Of a stretch of DNA of 64,000 bases, positions 46,614-59,810 are shown piece by piece (the first letter of the stretch is position 1; each line of letters starts with the position of its first letter). Source of the stretch: an uncultured Candidatus Planktophila sp. GTDB lineage: Bacteria > Actinomycetota > Actinomycetes > Nanopelagicales > Nanopelagicaceae. Made by a program: the position numbers and the translations under genes. The DNA is taken from contig CAZNWM010000002.1 in the NCBI GenBank assembly GCA_964576975.1, forward strand, positions 3,811-67,810, read 5' to 3'. Below the pieces are notes generated by a model. That model saw only the letters and a list, made by a program, of their open reading frames with translations, did not search any database and had not been told where the DNA came from.

Positions 46614-49600
46614 ATGGCTTTAAAAGCCGCAGAAGATTTGCGACACGTAACAGCAATTCTTGTTGTTCATGATGGTGCTCTTTGGCTACCTGAAGTTGTC
46701 GCATCCCTGACTTCGCAAAAACGTTCAGCAGATCAAATTCTTGCCGTAGACACTGGTTCGACAGATTCTTCTGCTGCACTTCTCAAAGGTGCAAAAATTC
46801 CAACTCTTTCACTTGATCGTGAATCTGGTTTTGGTGATGCAATTTGGGCAGCAATTCAAACTTTGCCCGCGCCAACTTCTCCCGAAAATGAATGGCTCTG
46901 GATTTTGCATGATGACTGTGCAATGCATCCCGATGCATTAAAGAAATTACTCGAAGCGCTCGAAGAAAAACCGCAAGCAATTATGGCTGGACCAAAATTG
47001 CTCGGTTGGCATGACAAATCACACTTACTCGAAGTTGGCGTGAGCATTGCATCCGATGGCGCTCGCTGGACCGGTCTTGAACCACACGAGTATGACCAAG
47101 GTCAACATGATGGTGTGCATGATGTTCTAGCTGTAAGTACTGCAGGTGCACTTGTTCGTCGCGATGCATTCGTTGAACTCGGTGGTTTCGATCCAAACCT
47201 TTCATTGTTTAGAGACGATGTTGATTTTGGTTGGCGTGCGCGAGTAGCTGGACACTCGGTTATCGCAGTGAGTGAAGCAAAGGGCTTTCATGCACAAGCA
47301 GCAGCATCAGAACGTCGTTCTGCAGATGTGAAGGAAGCTTTCTTACACAGACCATTACTTCTTGATCGCCGAAATGCCGCATACGTATTGCTCGTTAATT
47401 CGACATGGTGGATGTTGCCGTGGGTTGTGCTGCAATTACTCGGTTCAGCAACGGCTCGTGCGATTGGATACTTATTGGCAAAGCTTCCGGGTTACGCCAG
47501 CGATGAACTCTTGGCACTTGCAACACTTGTGATTCATCCTCGCGAACTTGCAAGTGCTCGCAAATTTAGAAAATCCCATAGATTGCTTTCAGCGCGAGTA
47601 GTTAAAGGATTTATTCCACATCGTCGCCATCAGTTAAGAGCTGCGACCGAAAGATTATTTGATTCTATTCGAAGCACTTTGCTTCCATCTGTTTCTGAGA
47701 CAAACACAGTCCTTGATCCTCTCAATGAGGATGAAGATTTACTGACACCTTCTACAACGGGTAGATGGTGGACAATTTTTAAACAGCCAAAAGCGTTGGC
47801 TGGTTTTGCAATATTAATTCTCATCGCAATTTGGTCACGCCAAAGATATGGCTCACTTGTTGGTGGAGCACTTGTGCAGACACCCGAAGGAGCACGAGAT
47901 TTATGGCGAATGTATTTTGAATCGTGGCATCAAATCGGAATGGGAACCGACCAAGGTGCACCAGCCTGGATTGCAATAGTTGCACTGGGTTCCACAATTC
48001 TCTTTGGCAAAGCAGATTTGTTCATTTCGCTCTTGTTCTTCTTTGCACCTCTAATGTTTATGCTCGCCAGTTTTAGGCTCTTCTCCAAACTCACATCTCA
48101 CAATTGGCTACGAGTTACAGCCAGTTTTCTTTATGCCATATCTCCCGTAGCCATTGCCAGCATTAACTCTGGGCGAATCGGAACTGTTTTCACGTTGATT
48201 CTTCTGCCATACATTGCTTTACTCATTCGAGATTGGCTGACAATTGAAAGTACATCCTGGCGTAAGGTCTTTCTGTTATCGCTAGTGCTTTCGCTTTCCT
48301 ATATGTTTTCAATGCAGGTATTTGTCTATGTTTTCATCGCCACATTGATCGTGACAGTTATTGATTTCCTCAAGTACGGAAACATTCGATTTTTTCATGA
48401 TCGATTATTGCGACGTCTCACCTTGGTCTTTGCACCGTTACTTGTCAGCACACCATGGTCATTTTCGACGTTACTAAACCCAAAGAATCTTTTTCTCGAA
48501 CCAGGATTATCAATTGCTGGGGGAGGGCCTAACTTTGCATTGATTTCAAATCCAGGGGGATCAGGCGCCCTACCGTGGTGGTCAATAAGTCCAATTTCAC
48601 TGATTTTGTTAGTTGGTCTTTTTTCATCTACAAAAGCAAGAGTTATTTCTTATTTTGGATGCGGTGCAATTGCTGCGGCTGTTTTGATTGGCTCTGTATC
48701 AATCTCGGGTCACGGAAACTCTTCACCCGTTCGCACATGGACAGGTTCCTTCATAGCTATTGCAACTATCTGTTCAGTGGCTGCCGGAATCTTAATTTTA
48801 GATCGACTCCGTGAAGTTCTAGTTGTCACAAACTTCCACTACCGCCACATACTTGCTGGCTTGCTAGTCGTCGTAACCACGTTGTATTCGCTCTCAACTA
48901 TTTCATGGCTCGTGACTGCAGGAGCTGATTCTCCACTTCGCACAACAGATTCAAGAGTATTGCCAGCATTTCTTGGTGTCGAAGGTGCTGCGAAAACAAT
49001 TGTGCTTCGTCAAGTAAAGAGCGATGGAGTTAACTCATTGCAATACTTCTTGGCACGTGGACACGATGCGTTACTTGGTGAACCAGACATTGCTCCACCT
49101 GAATTGCCGGCAATTAGCAATGCGATCAAAGAAATTGCAGACGGAAGTGGAATTTCTGCATCCCAAGTTTTAGGACAACACGGAATTAAATATGTCTTTG
49201 CAAAGAGCCCCACAGATAAAGAAGTTGTTCGCACTATCGATGGGCTTGGTGGATTTGTCAGATCTTCGGCAACGAATGCAGGAATTGTTTGGAAGGTGAA
49301 TGGGGCACTCAGTGGAATAAACTTTATTGATGCAACCGGAAAAATATCTGAGATTCCGAGCACAACCGTAGGAACTAGAACTCAAATCAATTCACCAGGA
49401 ACAATTCTGCTAACAGATTCATACAGCAGATCTTGGAAGGTATTTCAGAATGGTTTTAGTTTAGAACGCAGTAAAGATGCCAATGGCTTCCCGCAGTTTA
49501 AAGTTACTGAACCGGGTGAGATTTCCCTGCTTCACGATGGCACTACAAGACGTGGTCTGTTATCGCTTCAGTTTATTTTCCTTGTTACGTTAATTGTTCT

Positions 49601-49655
49601 GGCTGCACCTGCTGGGCGAAAACGGCGTGAAATGTCAGAAAGCGAGCTGACATGA
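46614..49655 (+). CDS. Large multi-TM glycosyltransferase family 2 protein
   Basis: GT2 domain (VVHDG, VDTGS, LHDD, FRDDVDFGWR) followed by many TM helices; sits downstream of whiB as in other actinobacteria. Confidence 0.88.
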   Translation: MALKAAEDLRHVTAILVVHDGALWLPEVVASLTSQKRSADQILAVDTGSTDSSAALLKGAKIPTLSLDRESGFGDAIWAAIQTLPAPTSPENEWLWILHDDCAMHPDALKKLLEALEEKPQAIMAGPKLLGWHDKSHLLEVGVSIASDGARWTGLEPHEYDQGQHDGVHDVLAVSTAGALVRRDAFVELGGFDPNLSLFRDDVDFGWRARVAGHSVIAVSEAKGFHAQAAASERRSADVKEAFLHRPLLLDRRNAAYVLLVNSTWWMLPWVVLQLLGSATARAIGYLLAKLPGYASDELLALATLVIHPRELASARKFRKSHRLLSARVVKGFIPHRRHQLRAATERLFDSIRSTLLPSVSETNTVLDPLNEDEDLLTPSTTGRWWTIFKQPKALAGFAILILIAIWSRQRYGSLVGGALVQTPEGARDLWRMYFESWHQIGMGTDQGAPAWIAIVALGSTILFGKADLFISLLFFFAPLMFMLASFRLFSKLTSHNWLRVTASFLYAISPVAIASINSGRIGTVFTLILLPYIALLIRDWLTIESTSWRKVFLLSLVLSLSYMFSMQVFVYVFIATLIVTVIDFLKYGNIRFFHDRLLRRLTLVFAPLLVSTPWSFSTLLNPKNLFLEPGLSIAGGGPNFALISNPGGSGALPWWSISPISLILLVGLFSSTKARVISYFGCGAIAAAVLIGSVSISGHGNSSPVRTWTGSFIAIATICSVAAGILILDRLREVLVVTNFHYRHILAGLLVVVTTLYSLSTISWLVTAGADSPLRTTDSRVLPAFLGVEGAAKTIVLRQVKSDGVNSLQYFLARGHDALLGEPDIAPPELPAISNAIKEIADGSGISASQVLGQHGIKYVFAKSPTDKEVVRTIDGLGGFVRSSATNAGIVWKVNGALSGINFIDATGKISEIPSTTVGTRTQINSPGTILLTDSYSRSWKVFQNGFSLERSKDANGFPQFKVTEPGEISLLHDGTTRRGLLSLQFIFLVTLIVLAAPAGRKRREMSESELT

Positions 49656-50941
49656 AGTTAAAAAGATTCGCAATAGTGGCACTTTCACTCGGTTTACTTA
49701 TTGCCACTTCAAATGCTTTGAATAGCACAATTTCTCGACAGAAGTTTTCAATGAGCTATCCATCAGTTGTATGTGCGCCAACGCAAAGCGGCTTGTCCTC
49801 TCAAGTATCACTAGGTTCGAGAGTCACAAAAATCAATCGTGTGGGTTCAACATCTACAAAGTTTTTCAACTCACGAGCATTGCGGCTACCTGTTAACAAA
49901 GATCCAATTCTTGTAGATGCGCAAGGAATCACGCCGATTATCTGGCAGAGCAGAGCAGGTTCCTGGGCGGGCGGAACAATTTGTTCAAACCCTTCCACGA
50001 GTCAATGGTTTGTCGGTGGCGCAGCAGACATCACTGCTCGTGGAAAACTGTTACTGGTTAATAGCGGACTAAGTGAATCTGTTGCAGATGTTTTTGTTTG
50101 GAGTGGCACATCACCTGCAGTTTCCAAGGTGATAAGTGTTAAGGCGAATTCATTTGAATCAGTTGGGCTTGACTCCCTTGCACCGGGTGAGTCATCTATT
50201 GTCATACGAGTTCTTACGCGTGCAGGTCGTTTGAATTCTTTTCTAGTTGATGAGCGAGGCAAAGGCCTTCGTACATTAGGTGGCGACCTAGTAAGTCCTG
50301 GAGTTTCTCCTGCGAAAGAAATTTTCATTCCAGCAATTCCACTTCAACCAAGAGTTGCGAATGCTCCCGCGCAGCAATTGCGATTGTTAGCTCCCGGTGA
50401 TGCGGATGCGAATGTCAGCGTTGAAGTTATTTCAGGTGATGGTCGATTTACTCCGGTAGGACTCGATGCCATCACAGTTAAAAAGGGTCAGGTGATGAAT
50501 TTTCCACTCTCACCATCTGTTAGTTCATCGATTTATGGAATACGCATTAATTCAGACGAACCCATAGTTGCAGGAGTTTTTGCAAACGTTAAGAGAGATT
50601 TTGTATGGAGCTCTTCAGTCCCTGCACTTACTCCATTTACAATTGCAATGACCGGCATGACTTCCTTGCTTGTGTTTATGGGAGATGACATCGAAGTTGA
50701 TCTCGAGATAAGCGTTGCAGGTGGAAAAAAAGTTCGTAAAACTATTCAGGGAAGCGATATCGCTGTCTGGCGCATTCCAGCCAATGCCCGAAATCTAAGC
50801 TTTATTCGAGTGAGCCCAAATACTTATGCCTCTGCTCTACAGGCATCTACTAATGGATTCGGATCGATACCACTGGTGGCAGGAAGCGTTCTTACAAAAT
50901 CGGCTATCCCGACCGCGAACATTCGCGTTTTAAATCCCTGA
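49652..50941 (+). CDS. Secreted/membrane-anchored protein (DUF5719-like)
   Basis: Signal/TM N-terminus, WFVGGAA and LLLVNSG; ATGA overlap with the GT2 gene. Confidence 0.7.
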   Translation: MKLKRFAIVALSLGLLIATSNALNSTISRQKFSMSYPSVVCAPTQSGLSSQVSLGSRVTKINRVGSTSTKFFNSRALRLPVNKDPILVDAQGITPIIWQSRAGSWAGGTICSNPSTSQWFVGGAADITARGKLLLVNSGLSESVADVFVWSGTSPAVSKVISVKANSFESVGLDSLAPGESSIVIRVLTRAGRLNSFLVDERGKGLRTLGGDLVSPGVSPAKEIFIPAIPLQPRVANAPAQQLRLLAPGDADANVSVEVISGDGRFTPVGLDAITVKKGQVMNFPLSPSVSSSIYGIRINSDEPIVAGVFANVKRDFVWSSSVPALTPFTIAMTGMTSLLVFMGDDIEVDLEISVAGGKKVRKTIQGSDIAVWRIPANARNLSFIRVSPNTYASALQASTNGFGSIPLVAGSVLTKSAIPTANIRVLNP

Positions 50942-50983
50942 CAATCCCAAGTTTTTAGTGGCCTGCCCACTAATCTTCTGTAC

Positions 50984-51355
50984 ATGACTTTGAGTTCACG
51001 TTATGGGCGCGCATGTTCGCGTACCAGTTGTCGGCTCACAGCGACCATGACTTTGACTTACAACTATGCAGATTCAACAGCGGTACTTGGTCCACTAGCA
51101 ACTTTTTCTGAACCGCACGCTTATGATTTATGCGAAAAACATGGCGAGCGTTTAACTGTTCCTAATGGATGGAATGTAATTAAAGCTTCAACTGACTCGC
51201 ATCACGGTGGCCCAACGCAAGATGACTTAATGGCTATCGCCGACGCTGTTCGAGAAGTTGGATCAAAAGAAATAACCACAGAAAATCCACAAAGCAGTGC
51301 CAGCGCTGCAACGTCACTCGGTCGCCGGGGACATTTGCGCGCAGTTCCGTCCTAG
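50984..51355 (+). CDS. DUF3499 domain protein
   Basis: CSRTSC, TLTYNYADST, LGPLA, EPHAYDLC..H and DDL.A.ADAVRE; TAATCT -10 box lies 7 nt upstream. Confidence 0.9.
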   Translation: MTLSSRYGRACSRTSCRLTATMTLTYNYADSTAVLGPLATFSEPHAYDLCEKHGERLTVPNGWNVIKASTDSHHGGPTQDDLMAIADAVREVGSKEITTENPQSSASAATSLGRRGHLRAVPS

Positions 51356-51365
51356 ACTTTGACCC

Positions 51366-52730
51366 ATGGGTTCGAGTGAATTTGCGGATATTTTTAAGGC
51401 TTATGACATTCGTGGGCTCGTCGGAACTGAATTAACTCCTGACTTCGCATTTGCTACGGGTGCAGCCTTTGCACGTTTCATAATTCAAGAACGCGAACCA
51501 GGCACCGTTGTTGTGGGTGAAGATATGCGTCCTTCTTCACCGCAGTTAGCAGATGCATTTTCTGCAGGAGTCACTTCTCTTGGACTAGATGTAATTCGAA
51601 TAGGACTTGCTTCGACAGATATGTTGTATTTCGCAGCGGGTAAGTTAAATATGCCTGGGGCCATGTTCACAGCAAGCCACAATCCTGGCGAATACAACGG
51701 CATTAAATTATGTCTGAGCGGTGCCAGGCCAATTGGGAAAGAATCTGGCTTACTTACAATTGAAAAGTTTGTGCGCGCAGGGACGCCAATATCATTCGGA
51801 AGTGTTGGAATAGAGAGCGAGCGTAATTTACTCACTGATTACGCGCAGCACTTACATACGCTTGTCGATGTATCAGACATACGAAAACTAAAAGTAGTAA
51901 TAGATGCAGGAAATGGAATGGCTGGGTACACAGCCCCTGCAATATTTGAGGGATTAAACCTCGAGATTATTCCCATGTATTTTGAGTTAGATGGTTCATT
52001 TCCAAATCATGAAGCAAATCCAATTGATGCAAAAAACCTCAAAGATTTGCAAAAGGCTGTAAAGAAGCACGGCGCAGACTTAGGGCTTGCTTTCGATGGC
52101 GATGCAGATCGATGTTTCTTAGTTGATGAAAACGGTGAAACAGTTAATCCTTCAGACCTAACAGCTCTGATTGCAGAAAGAGAATTAAAAACACATCCTG
52201 GTGCCTCAATTATTCATAACCTTATTTCTTCACGCTCAGTAGCTGAAGTAATTCTAGAAAATGGTGGCACAGCGCTGCGCTCACGAGTTGGACACTCCTA
52301 TATAAAGGCGATGATGGCCGAAACTGGGGCAATCTTTGGTGGAGAGCACTCGGGTCATTTTTACTTTAAGGATTTCTGGAAGGCTGATTCAGGTGCACTT
52401 GCGGCACTACACACAATTGCAGCGCTAGGAACATCCAAAGCGTCGCTTTCAAAGTTACTAAAGCCATACCAAAGATATTTTTCAAGTGGCGAGATAAATT
52501 CCAAGGTAAAAGATGCACAGCAATCAATGAGTGTTATTGAAAAGCAATATGAAAAATTGAATTCGGTCACGATTGATCATCTTGATGGCTTGACGGTAAA
52601 TGGTGACACCTGGTGGTTTAACCTGCGCCCCTCAAACACAGAGCCGCTACTTCGCCTGAATGTGGAAGCCAAGACCCTTGCCCGTATGGAGAAAATCAAA
52701 GATGAGGTACTCGCCACAGTTAGAAAGTGA
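51366..52730 (+). CDS. manB: Phosphomannomutase/phosphoglucomutase
   Basis: FKAYDIRG, TASHNP, DGDADR, GGEHSGH and RPSNTEP; TAGACT -10 box lies 7 nt upstream. Confidence 0.92.
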   Translation: MGSSEFADIFKAYDIRGLVGTELTPDFAFATGAAFARFIIQEREPGTVVVGEDMRPSSPQLADAFSAGVTSLGLDVIRIGLASTDMLYFAAGKLNMPGAMFTASHNPGEYNGIKLCLSGARPIGKESGLLTIEKFVRAGTPISFGSVGIESERNLLTDYAQHLHTLVDVSDIRKLKVVIDAGNGMAGYTAPAIFEGLNLEIIPMYFELDGSFPNHEANPIDAKNLKDLQKAVKKHGADLGLAFDGDADRCFLVDENGETVNPSDLTALIAERELKTHPGASIIHNLISSRSVAEVILENGGTALRSRVGHSYIKAMMAETGAIFGGEHSGHFYFKDFWKADSGALAALHTIAALGTSKASLSKLLKPYQRYFSSGEINSKVKDAQQSMSVIEKQYEKLNSVTIDHLDGLTVNGDTWWFNLRPSNTEPLLRLNVEAKTLARMEKIKDEVLATVRK

Positions 52731-52838
52731 GTGCTTCAGTTCTCACTTTAGAAGCAATACCAGTAACCTAATCTCCTAGCCGCCTAACACTGTAGAGCCC
52801 TACCCCTTAGGTCACGTCTAAAAAACATTTGTACTTAA

Positions 52839-54142
<1,304 letters not shown>

Positions 54143-54143
<1 letters not shown>

Positions 54144-54826
54144 TGACCTTGGTATTGGTCGTCGATGACGACCAGGACCTTGCAGAAATGCTTGGCATCG
54201 TTTTAACCGGTGCCGGAATAGATGTTGATTTAGTAAGCAGAGGCGACGAAGCTCTGGAGGCATTTAGAAGTAATCCTCCAGACTTAGTCCTTCTAGATGT
54301 AATGCTTCCAGGTTTAGATGGCATAGAAGTTTGTAAACAAATTCGCTCCGAATCCATGGTTCCAATTGTCATGCTCTCAGCAAAAGGCGATTCACATGAT
54401 GTAGTTCGTGGACTTGAAGCTGGCGCTGATGATTACATGGTTAAACCTTTTCGCCACCAATCAGAGCTAGTGGCTCGTATTCGCACTCGACTACGTCGTA
54501 CAAATACCGACGTTGCGGGACTCTTAACAATTTCCAATTTAACTATCGATGTCAATGCTCATGAAGTTACGAGAGCTGGAAAAAACATTCAACTTACCCG
54601 CCTCGAATTTGATCTCTTAGTTGCACTTGCCCGCGAACCAGGCAGAGTCTTCACACGTGATGCGCTCTTGAGCGAAGTTTGGGGCTATAGGCATTCAACA
54701 GATACTCGTTTGGTCAACGTTCACATTCAGCGACTTCGTGCAAAAATTGAAAAAGACCCCGAGCATCCTGAAATTGTTCTCACAGTGCGTGGAGTTGGAT
54801 ACAAAGCAGGAAATCAAAACCATTAA
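54143..54826 (+). CDS. mtrA: Two-component response regulator MtrA
   Basis: LVLLDVMLPG, DTRLVNVHIQRLRAKIEKDPEHP and TVRGVGYK; syntenic position. Confidence 0.93.
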
Positions 54827-54828
54827 AC

Positions 54829-56382
54829 ATGGGCACAATTACCAGCAGGTTAAGAAATTCGCTCTCGCTTCGCGTGCTGATTTCAACAATTGTTCTCTCA
54901 TCCGGCGTGATTTGGCTATCGGGATCTCTACTGGAGTCTCGCGTGTCAGCAGGTGTGAAGCAAGTAAATCTTGATGCGGCAATAAATGAAGCACGCTCGA
55001 CGATTGTGAGCGCACGCTACAGATTGATTCTGGCAAAAAGCGGATCATCTGCAGAAATTGAATCCGTGATTTCTGAAATCGTAAGCTCTGCAACGACAGT
55101 TGGTGCTCGTGCAAGCGGGCGAGAATTAGTTCTATTACGTGGTCGCTTAGTCAATCCAGTTGAAAAAGACTTCACAACTACATCAAATTTAGTGGATCCA
55201 GCGTCACTGCCCAAAGAATTTCGTCAAGAAGTTCGCCGCACATCTGAACTTAGTTGGGCTTACATAACCATTCAATACGCCGGCGCATTAAAAGTTCCTG
55301 CAATTGCAGTCGGTGACATCGTTTCAGTTCCCAGGTCCGGTGCCTATGAAATGTATCTACTTTTTCCACTAAATAATCAAAACAAAACACTGACCCTGAT
55401 TTCGCGTTCGATTATCATCGTAGATATTGCGTTGGTTTTTTTAATTGGTTTGATTACATGGTTAGTCACTCGCCAAGTGATTCGACCTGTTCGTGAGGCT
55501 GCGCGAGTTGCAGAACGATTTACATCAGGTGATCTGAATCAACGAATGCAGGTAGACCGACAAGATGAAATAGCCACGCTGGGTAACTCCTTTAACGAGA
55601 TGGCCGCATCAATACAGCAGCAGATCATGCGCCTTGAAAACCTTTCACGTGTCCAACAGCGTTTTGTTTCGGATGTATCCCACGAGTTAAGGACGCCATT
55701 AACAACACTGCGAATGGCATCAGAAGTTATCTATTCGTCACGAAACAACTTCGACCCACAGGTTGCTCGAAGTGCTGAATTACTAGTTGGCAATATCGAG
55801 CGCTTCGAGCGATTACTTGAAGATCTGCTAGAAGTAAGTCGATTTGATGCAGAGGTCGCAGTTCTTGAACCAGTTGATTTCAATCTCATTGCGCTGATCA
55901 GTAGAGGCATCGAAGATCTTGAACTAGTTGCCAAGGAAAACGGAACCCAGATTGTTTTTAAGCCAAATAGCCAAGAATTGTTGATCAATGCAGATGCACG
56001 CCGTGTTGAAAGAATTTTGCGTAACTTACTTAACAACGCTATAGATCACGCGGATTCAAAGCCGATTGATGTTTACCTCGAATACAACGAAAACGATGTT
56101 GCTGTTGCGGTGAGAGATTATGGCGTTGGAATTGATGAGAACTCGCTACTTCGAGTCTTTGATCGGTTTTGGCGCGCGGATCCATCTCGTTCGCGTATCC
56201 GTGGTGGCACTGGTCTTGGATTATCAATTGCATTAGAAGATGCACGATTGCACAACGGAGAACTCGAGGTATGGGGTCGCCCAGGACACGGTGCACACTT
56301 TGTTCTTACGCTACCGCGCGTGGCTGGAAATAATCTTGAATCGCGACTTATCCGACTTGAACCGAAAGACTTTAAAGTTTAA
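54829..56382 (+). CDS. mtrB: Two-component sensor kinase MtrB
   Basis: Two TM segments, HAMP, FVSDVSHELRTPL, NLLNNA, VRDYGVG and GGTGLGL. Confidence 0.93.
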   Translation: MGTITSRLRNSLSLRVLISTIVLSSGVIWLSGSLLESRVSAGVKQVNLDAAINEARSTIVSARYRLILAKSGSSAEIESVISEIVSSATTVGARASGRELVLLRGRLVNPVEKDFTTTSNLVDPASLPKEFRQEVRRTSELSWAYITIQYAGALKVPAIAVGDIVSVPRSGAYEMYLLFPLNNQNKTLTLISRSIIIVDIALVFLIGLITWLVTRQVIRPVREAARVAERFTSGDLNQRMQVDRQDEIATLGNSFNEMAASIQQQIMRLENLSRVQQRFVSDVSHELRTPLTTLRMASEVIYSSRNNFDPQVARSAELLVGNIERFERLLEDLLEVSRFDAEVAVLEPVDFNLIALISRGIEDLELVAKENGTQIVFKPNSQELLINADARRVERILRNLLNNAIDHADSKPIDVYLEYNENDVAVAVRDYGVGIDENSLLRVFDRFWRADPSRSRIRGGTGLGLSIALEDARLHNGELEVWGRPGHGAHFVLTLPRVAGNNLESRLIRLEPKDFKV

Positions 56383-56441
56383 ATACCCACAGCCCTCACT
56401 TGTTTATGTAGTTCAAGATTGTTTTTAGACATTATGTCTCG

Positions 56442-57089
56442 GTGCTCAAACCTCATTCACTAACTGAGATTTTATTTCCACCTCGTTGTTTCGGCTGCCG
56501 TGCCCTTGGACCGAGCATCTGTTCGCAATGCAGAGTTCTCTGGAATCCGCATCTATATCGAAGCACCCTAGATTCGATGCACGTGTATTCATCAATTCTG
56601 TATTCACCGGTTGCGCAACGAATTATTCTTTCTGCAAAAGAAGGGGGAATAAAAGCTGCTGATGATTTAATCATTCATGCAATTTCACATAGCTTGCACT
56701 TATTGTTGCGTGATTTTGAAGTGGGAATCCTTGTTCCAGCACCGTCACGCAAGAGCTCCAATCGAAAACGCGGCCGAGATTTTTTATCGGTCATCACACA
56801 TTCGATTGCTCAAAGTGAATCCCTTGATTGCATGGATTTACTGATTCATACGCGAAAAATCAAAGATCAATCCGAACTAAATGCCCATGAGCGAACCAAG
56901 AATATTTATCAGGCCCTGGCGATTAACAGGAATAAATTGCCCACACTGGGAGTTGATACAGATGTGATTCTTGTCGATGACTTGATCACGACAGGTGCAA
57001 CACTTCTTGAAGCCCGCCGGGCCCTAGAAGTGCGTGGAATAAGGGTGATTGCGGCAATTACTGCCTGCCTCTCGCCACCGCTAAGATAG
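56442..57089 (+). CDS. comF: ComF-family phosphoribosyltransferase-like protein
   Basis: PPRCFGC...C..C and [17 protein letters not shown]-binding motif. Confidence 0.85.
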   Translation: MLKPHSLTEILFPPRCFGCRALGPSICSQCRVLWNPHLYRSTLDSMHVYSSILYSPVAQRIILSAKEGGIKAADDLIIHAISHSLHLLLRDFEVGILVPAPSRKSSNRKRGRDFLSVITHSIAQSESLDCMDLLIHTRKIKDQSELNAHERTKNIYQALAINRNKLPTLGVDTDVILVDDLITTGATLLEARRALEVRGIRVIAAITACLSPPLR

Positions 57090-57133
57090 GCCAGTTACTG
57101 CGACCGACCATTGTTAAAGCCAGAAAGGGTGAT

Positions 57134-59806
57134 GTGATGCCAGCAATTTTAGACCGCATTATGCGCGCTGGCGAAGGTCGAATTTTAAAGGAACTCAGTA
57201 AATTAGTTGTTCAAGTAAACGCACAAGAATCTCGCATGGTCGCAATGAGCGATGATGAATTACGCGAGCAAACTCAAATTTTTAAGAACAGATTCGCACA
57301 AGGCGAATCACTAGATGATTTGTTGCCTGAAGCATTTGCAGTTGTTCGTGAAGCGGCGAAAAGAACTCTGGGTCAGCGTCACTACGACGTTCAGATTATG
57401 GGTGGCGCAGCGCTTCATCGCGGCAATATTGCAGAAATGCGCACCGGTGAAGGAAAAACTCTTGTTGCAACTCTTCCTTCTTACCTAAACGCACTTGCCG
57501 GACGTGGAGTACACGTTGTAACAGTTAATGATTACCTTGCCGAGCGCGATAGCGAGTGGATGGGTCGTGTCCATCGATTCTTAGGTTTAAAGGTTGGTGT
57601 GATTCTTGCAAACATGACACCTGCAGAACGTCGCGAAGCATATGGCTCAGACATTACGTATGGAACCAATAATGAATTCGGATTTGATTATCTGCGCGAT
57701 AACATGGCTTGGAATCTCGATGATTGCGTTCACAGAGATCACTACTTTGCAGTAGTTGACGAAGTTGACTCAATTTTAATTGATGAAGCTCGCACACCTT
57801 TAATCATTAGTGGACCGGCTGATAAAGCCACAAAGTGGTACCTCGAATTTAGCCAATTGGTTCAAAAATTAGATCGCGGACGTCATTACGAAGTAGATGA
57901 GAAAAAGCGCACCGCCGGAATTCTCGAAGAGGGTGTGACTCGCGTTGAAGAGTTACTGAAGATTGAGAATCTCTACGAAGCTGCAAACACACCAATGATT
58001 GGCTATCTCAACAACGCAATCCGTGCGAAAGAACTGTACAAGCGCGATAAAGATTACGTTGTCATGAATGGTGAACTCTTAATTGTGGACGAACATACTG
58101 GCCGTATTCTTGCTGGACGTCGCTATAGCGAAGGCATGCACCAGGCGTTGGAAGCAAAAGAGCGCATTGAAATTAAAGATGAAAACCAGACTCTTGCAAC
58201 AATTACGCTACAGAACTACTTCCGCTTATACGAAAAGCTATCCGGTATGACCGGTACTGCGATGACCGAAGCGTCAGAATTTCATCAGATTTACAAACTC
58301 GGCGTTGTTCCGATTCCAACAAATCGTTCAATGGTTCGTATTGACCAACCAGATTTGGTCTATAAAACTGAAGCTGGAAAGTTTGCAGCAGTTACTAAAG
58401 ACATTGCCGAACGTCATCGCAAAGGACAACCAGTTTTGGTTGGAACTGTCAGTGTTGAAAAGTCTGAAGAGTTATCTGCTCTCCTAAAGAAAAGTGGAGT
58501 TCCACACGAAGTCCTTAACGCAAAGCATCACGAACGCGAAGCCGCAATTATTGCTCGCGCAGGTGTTGTAGGGGCCGTAACAGTTGCCACAAACATGGCT
58601 GGTCGCGGTACTGACATCATGCTCGGCGGTAACCCAGAATTCATGGCAGATTTTGAATTACAACGCAAAGGTTTATCTCCAGTAGATAATCCAAAAGAGT
58701 ACGAAGCCGCTTGGCCAGATGAAATTGCAAAACAAAAAGCTGCGGTTGCAAAGGGTCACGATGAAGTCAGCGCACTTGGTGGTTTGTATGTTCTAGGAAC
58801 CGAGCGCCACGAATCTCGTCGTATTGATAATCAGTTGCGCGGTCGTTCTGGTCGCCAAGGCGATCCCGGAGAGTCACGCTTTTATCTATCTCTGCAAGAC
58901 GAGCTCATGCGCCGATTTAATTCAGGTTTAGTAGAGAGATTCTTATCTGCTGCCGGAATTCCAGATGACGAACCAATCGAGTCCAAGATGGTTTCAAATG
59001 CGATTCGTTCAGCACAAACACAAGTAGAAGCACAGAACTTTGAAATTCGTAAGAACGTTCTCAAGTACGACGATGTAATGAATCGTCAACGCGAAGTAAT
59101 TTATGGAGAGCGTCGCCTTGTTCTTGAAGGCAAAGACCTTAAGGACCAAGTTGGTTTATTCATGGAAGAAACACTTGGCGCTTATGTTGATGCAGCAACT
59201 GCTGATGGATACGCAGAAGATTGGGATCTAGAAAAACTCTGGACCGCTCTTAAAGTTGTTTACCCAGTCTCATTTACTATTGCAGAACTCGAAACAGAAG
59301 TTGGTGATCGAGCAGGACTTGACTCGGATTTCTTGCGAGCACGCATTCTTGAAGATGTTGCAGCTGCATATCAAAAGCGTGAACAGAGTTTAGGTAGCGA
59401 AGTAATGCGCGAACTAGAGCGTAAAGTTTTGCTATCTGTTCTTGATCGCAAATGGCGCGAACACTTGTATGAAATGGATTATTTGCAAGAGGGCATCGGA
59501 CTGCGTGCGATGGCACAACGCGATCCGCTCGTTGAATATCAACGTGAAGGTTTTGACTTGTTTACAGCCATGATGGATGCGATTAAAGAAGAAATCGCTA
59601 GCTATCTTTTCAATATCGAAGTTCAAGTCGAAGGCAACAATAAAGTCCAAGCAAAAGGCTTGGAACAACCAGAAGCACCCGTAGCTGCCCTTAAGTACAC
59701 AGCAGCTGATGAAGATGGTGTTACTCGCTCAACGGATGTTTCTAGAAATGGTCCGTGTCCTTGTGGTTCAGGTAAGAAGTTCAAGCGCTGCCACGGCGCT
59801 GCTTAA
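57134..59806 (+). CDS. secA: Preprotein translocase SecA
   Basis: [46 protein letters not shown] and SEC-C motif [14 protein letters not shown]. Confidence 0.98.
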   Translation: MMPAILDRIMRAGEGRILKELSKLVVQVNAQESRMVAMSDDELREQTQIFKNRFAQGESLDDLLPEAFAVVREAAKRTLGQRHYDVQIMGGAALHRGNIAEMRTGEGKTLVATLPSYLNALAGRGVHVVTVNDYLAERDSEWMGRVHRFLGLKVGVILANMTPAERREAYGSDITYGTNNEFGFDYLRDNMAWNLDDCVHRDHYFAVVDEVDSILIDEARTPLIISGPADKATKWYLEFSQLVQKLDRGRHYEVDEKKRTAGILEEGVTRVEELLKIENLYEAANTPMIGYLNNAIRAKELYKRDKDYVVMNGELLIVDEHTGRILAGRRYSEGMHQALEAKERIEIKDENQTLATITLQNYFRLYEKLSGMTGTAMTEASEFHQIYKLGVVPIPTNRSMVRIDQPDLVYKTEAGKFAAVTKDIAERHRKGQPVLVGTVSVEKSEELSALLKKSGVPHEVLNAKHHEREAAIIARAGVVGAVTVATNMAGRGTDIMLGGNPEFMADFELQRKGLSPVDNPKEYEAAWPDEIAKQKAAVAKGHDEVSALGGLYVLGTERHESRRIDNQLRGRSGRQGDPGESRFYLSLQDELMRRFNSGLVERFLSAAGIPDDEPIESKMVSNAIRSAQTQVEAQNFEIRKNVLKYDDVMNRQREVIYGERRLVLEGKDLKDQVGLFMEETLGAYVDAATADGYAEDWDLEKLWTALKVVYPVSFTIAELETEVGDRAGLDSDFLRARILEDVAAAYQKREQSLGSEVMRELERKVLLSVLDRKWREHLYEMDYLQEGIGLRAMAQRDPLVEYQREGFDLFTAMMDAIKEEIASYLFNIEVQVEGNNKVQAKGLEQPEAPVAALKYTAADEDGVTRSTDVSRNGPCPCGSGKKFKRCHGAA

Positions 59807-59810
59807 TCAC

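Noticed and set aside
56240-56428. 62-aa ORF spanning the mtrB end as an lpqB remnant
   Set aside because: Mostly an alternative frame of mtrB, with no lipobox or signal peptide.
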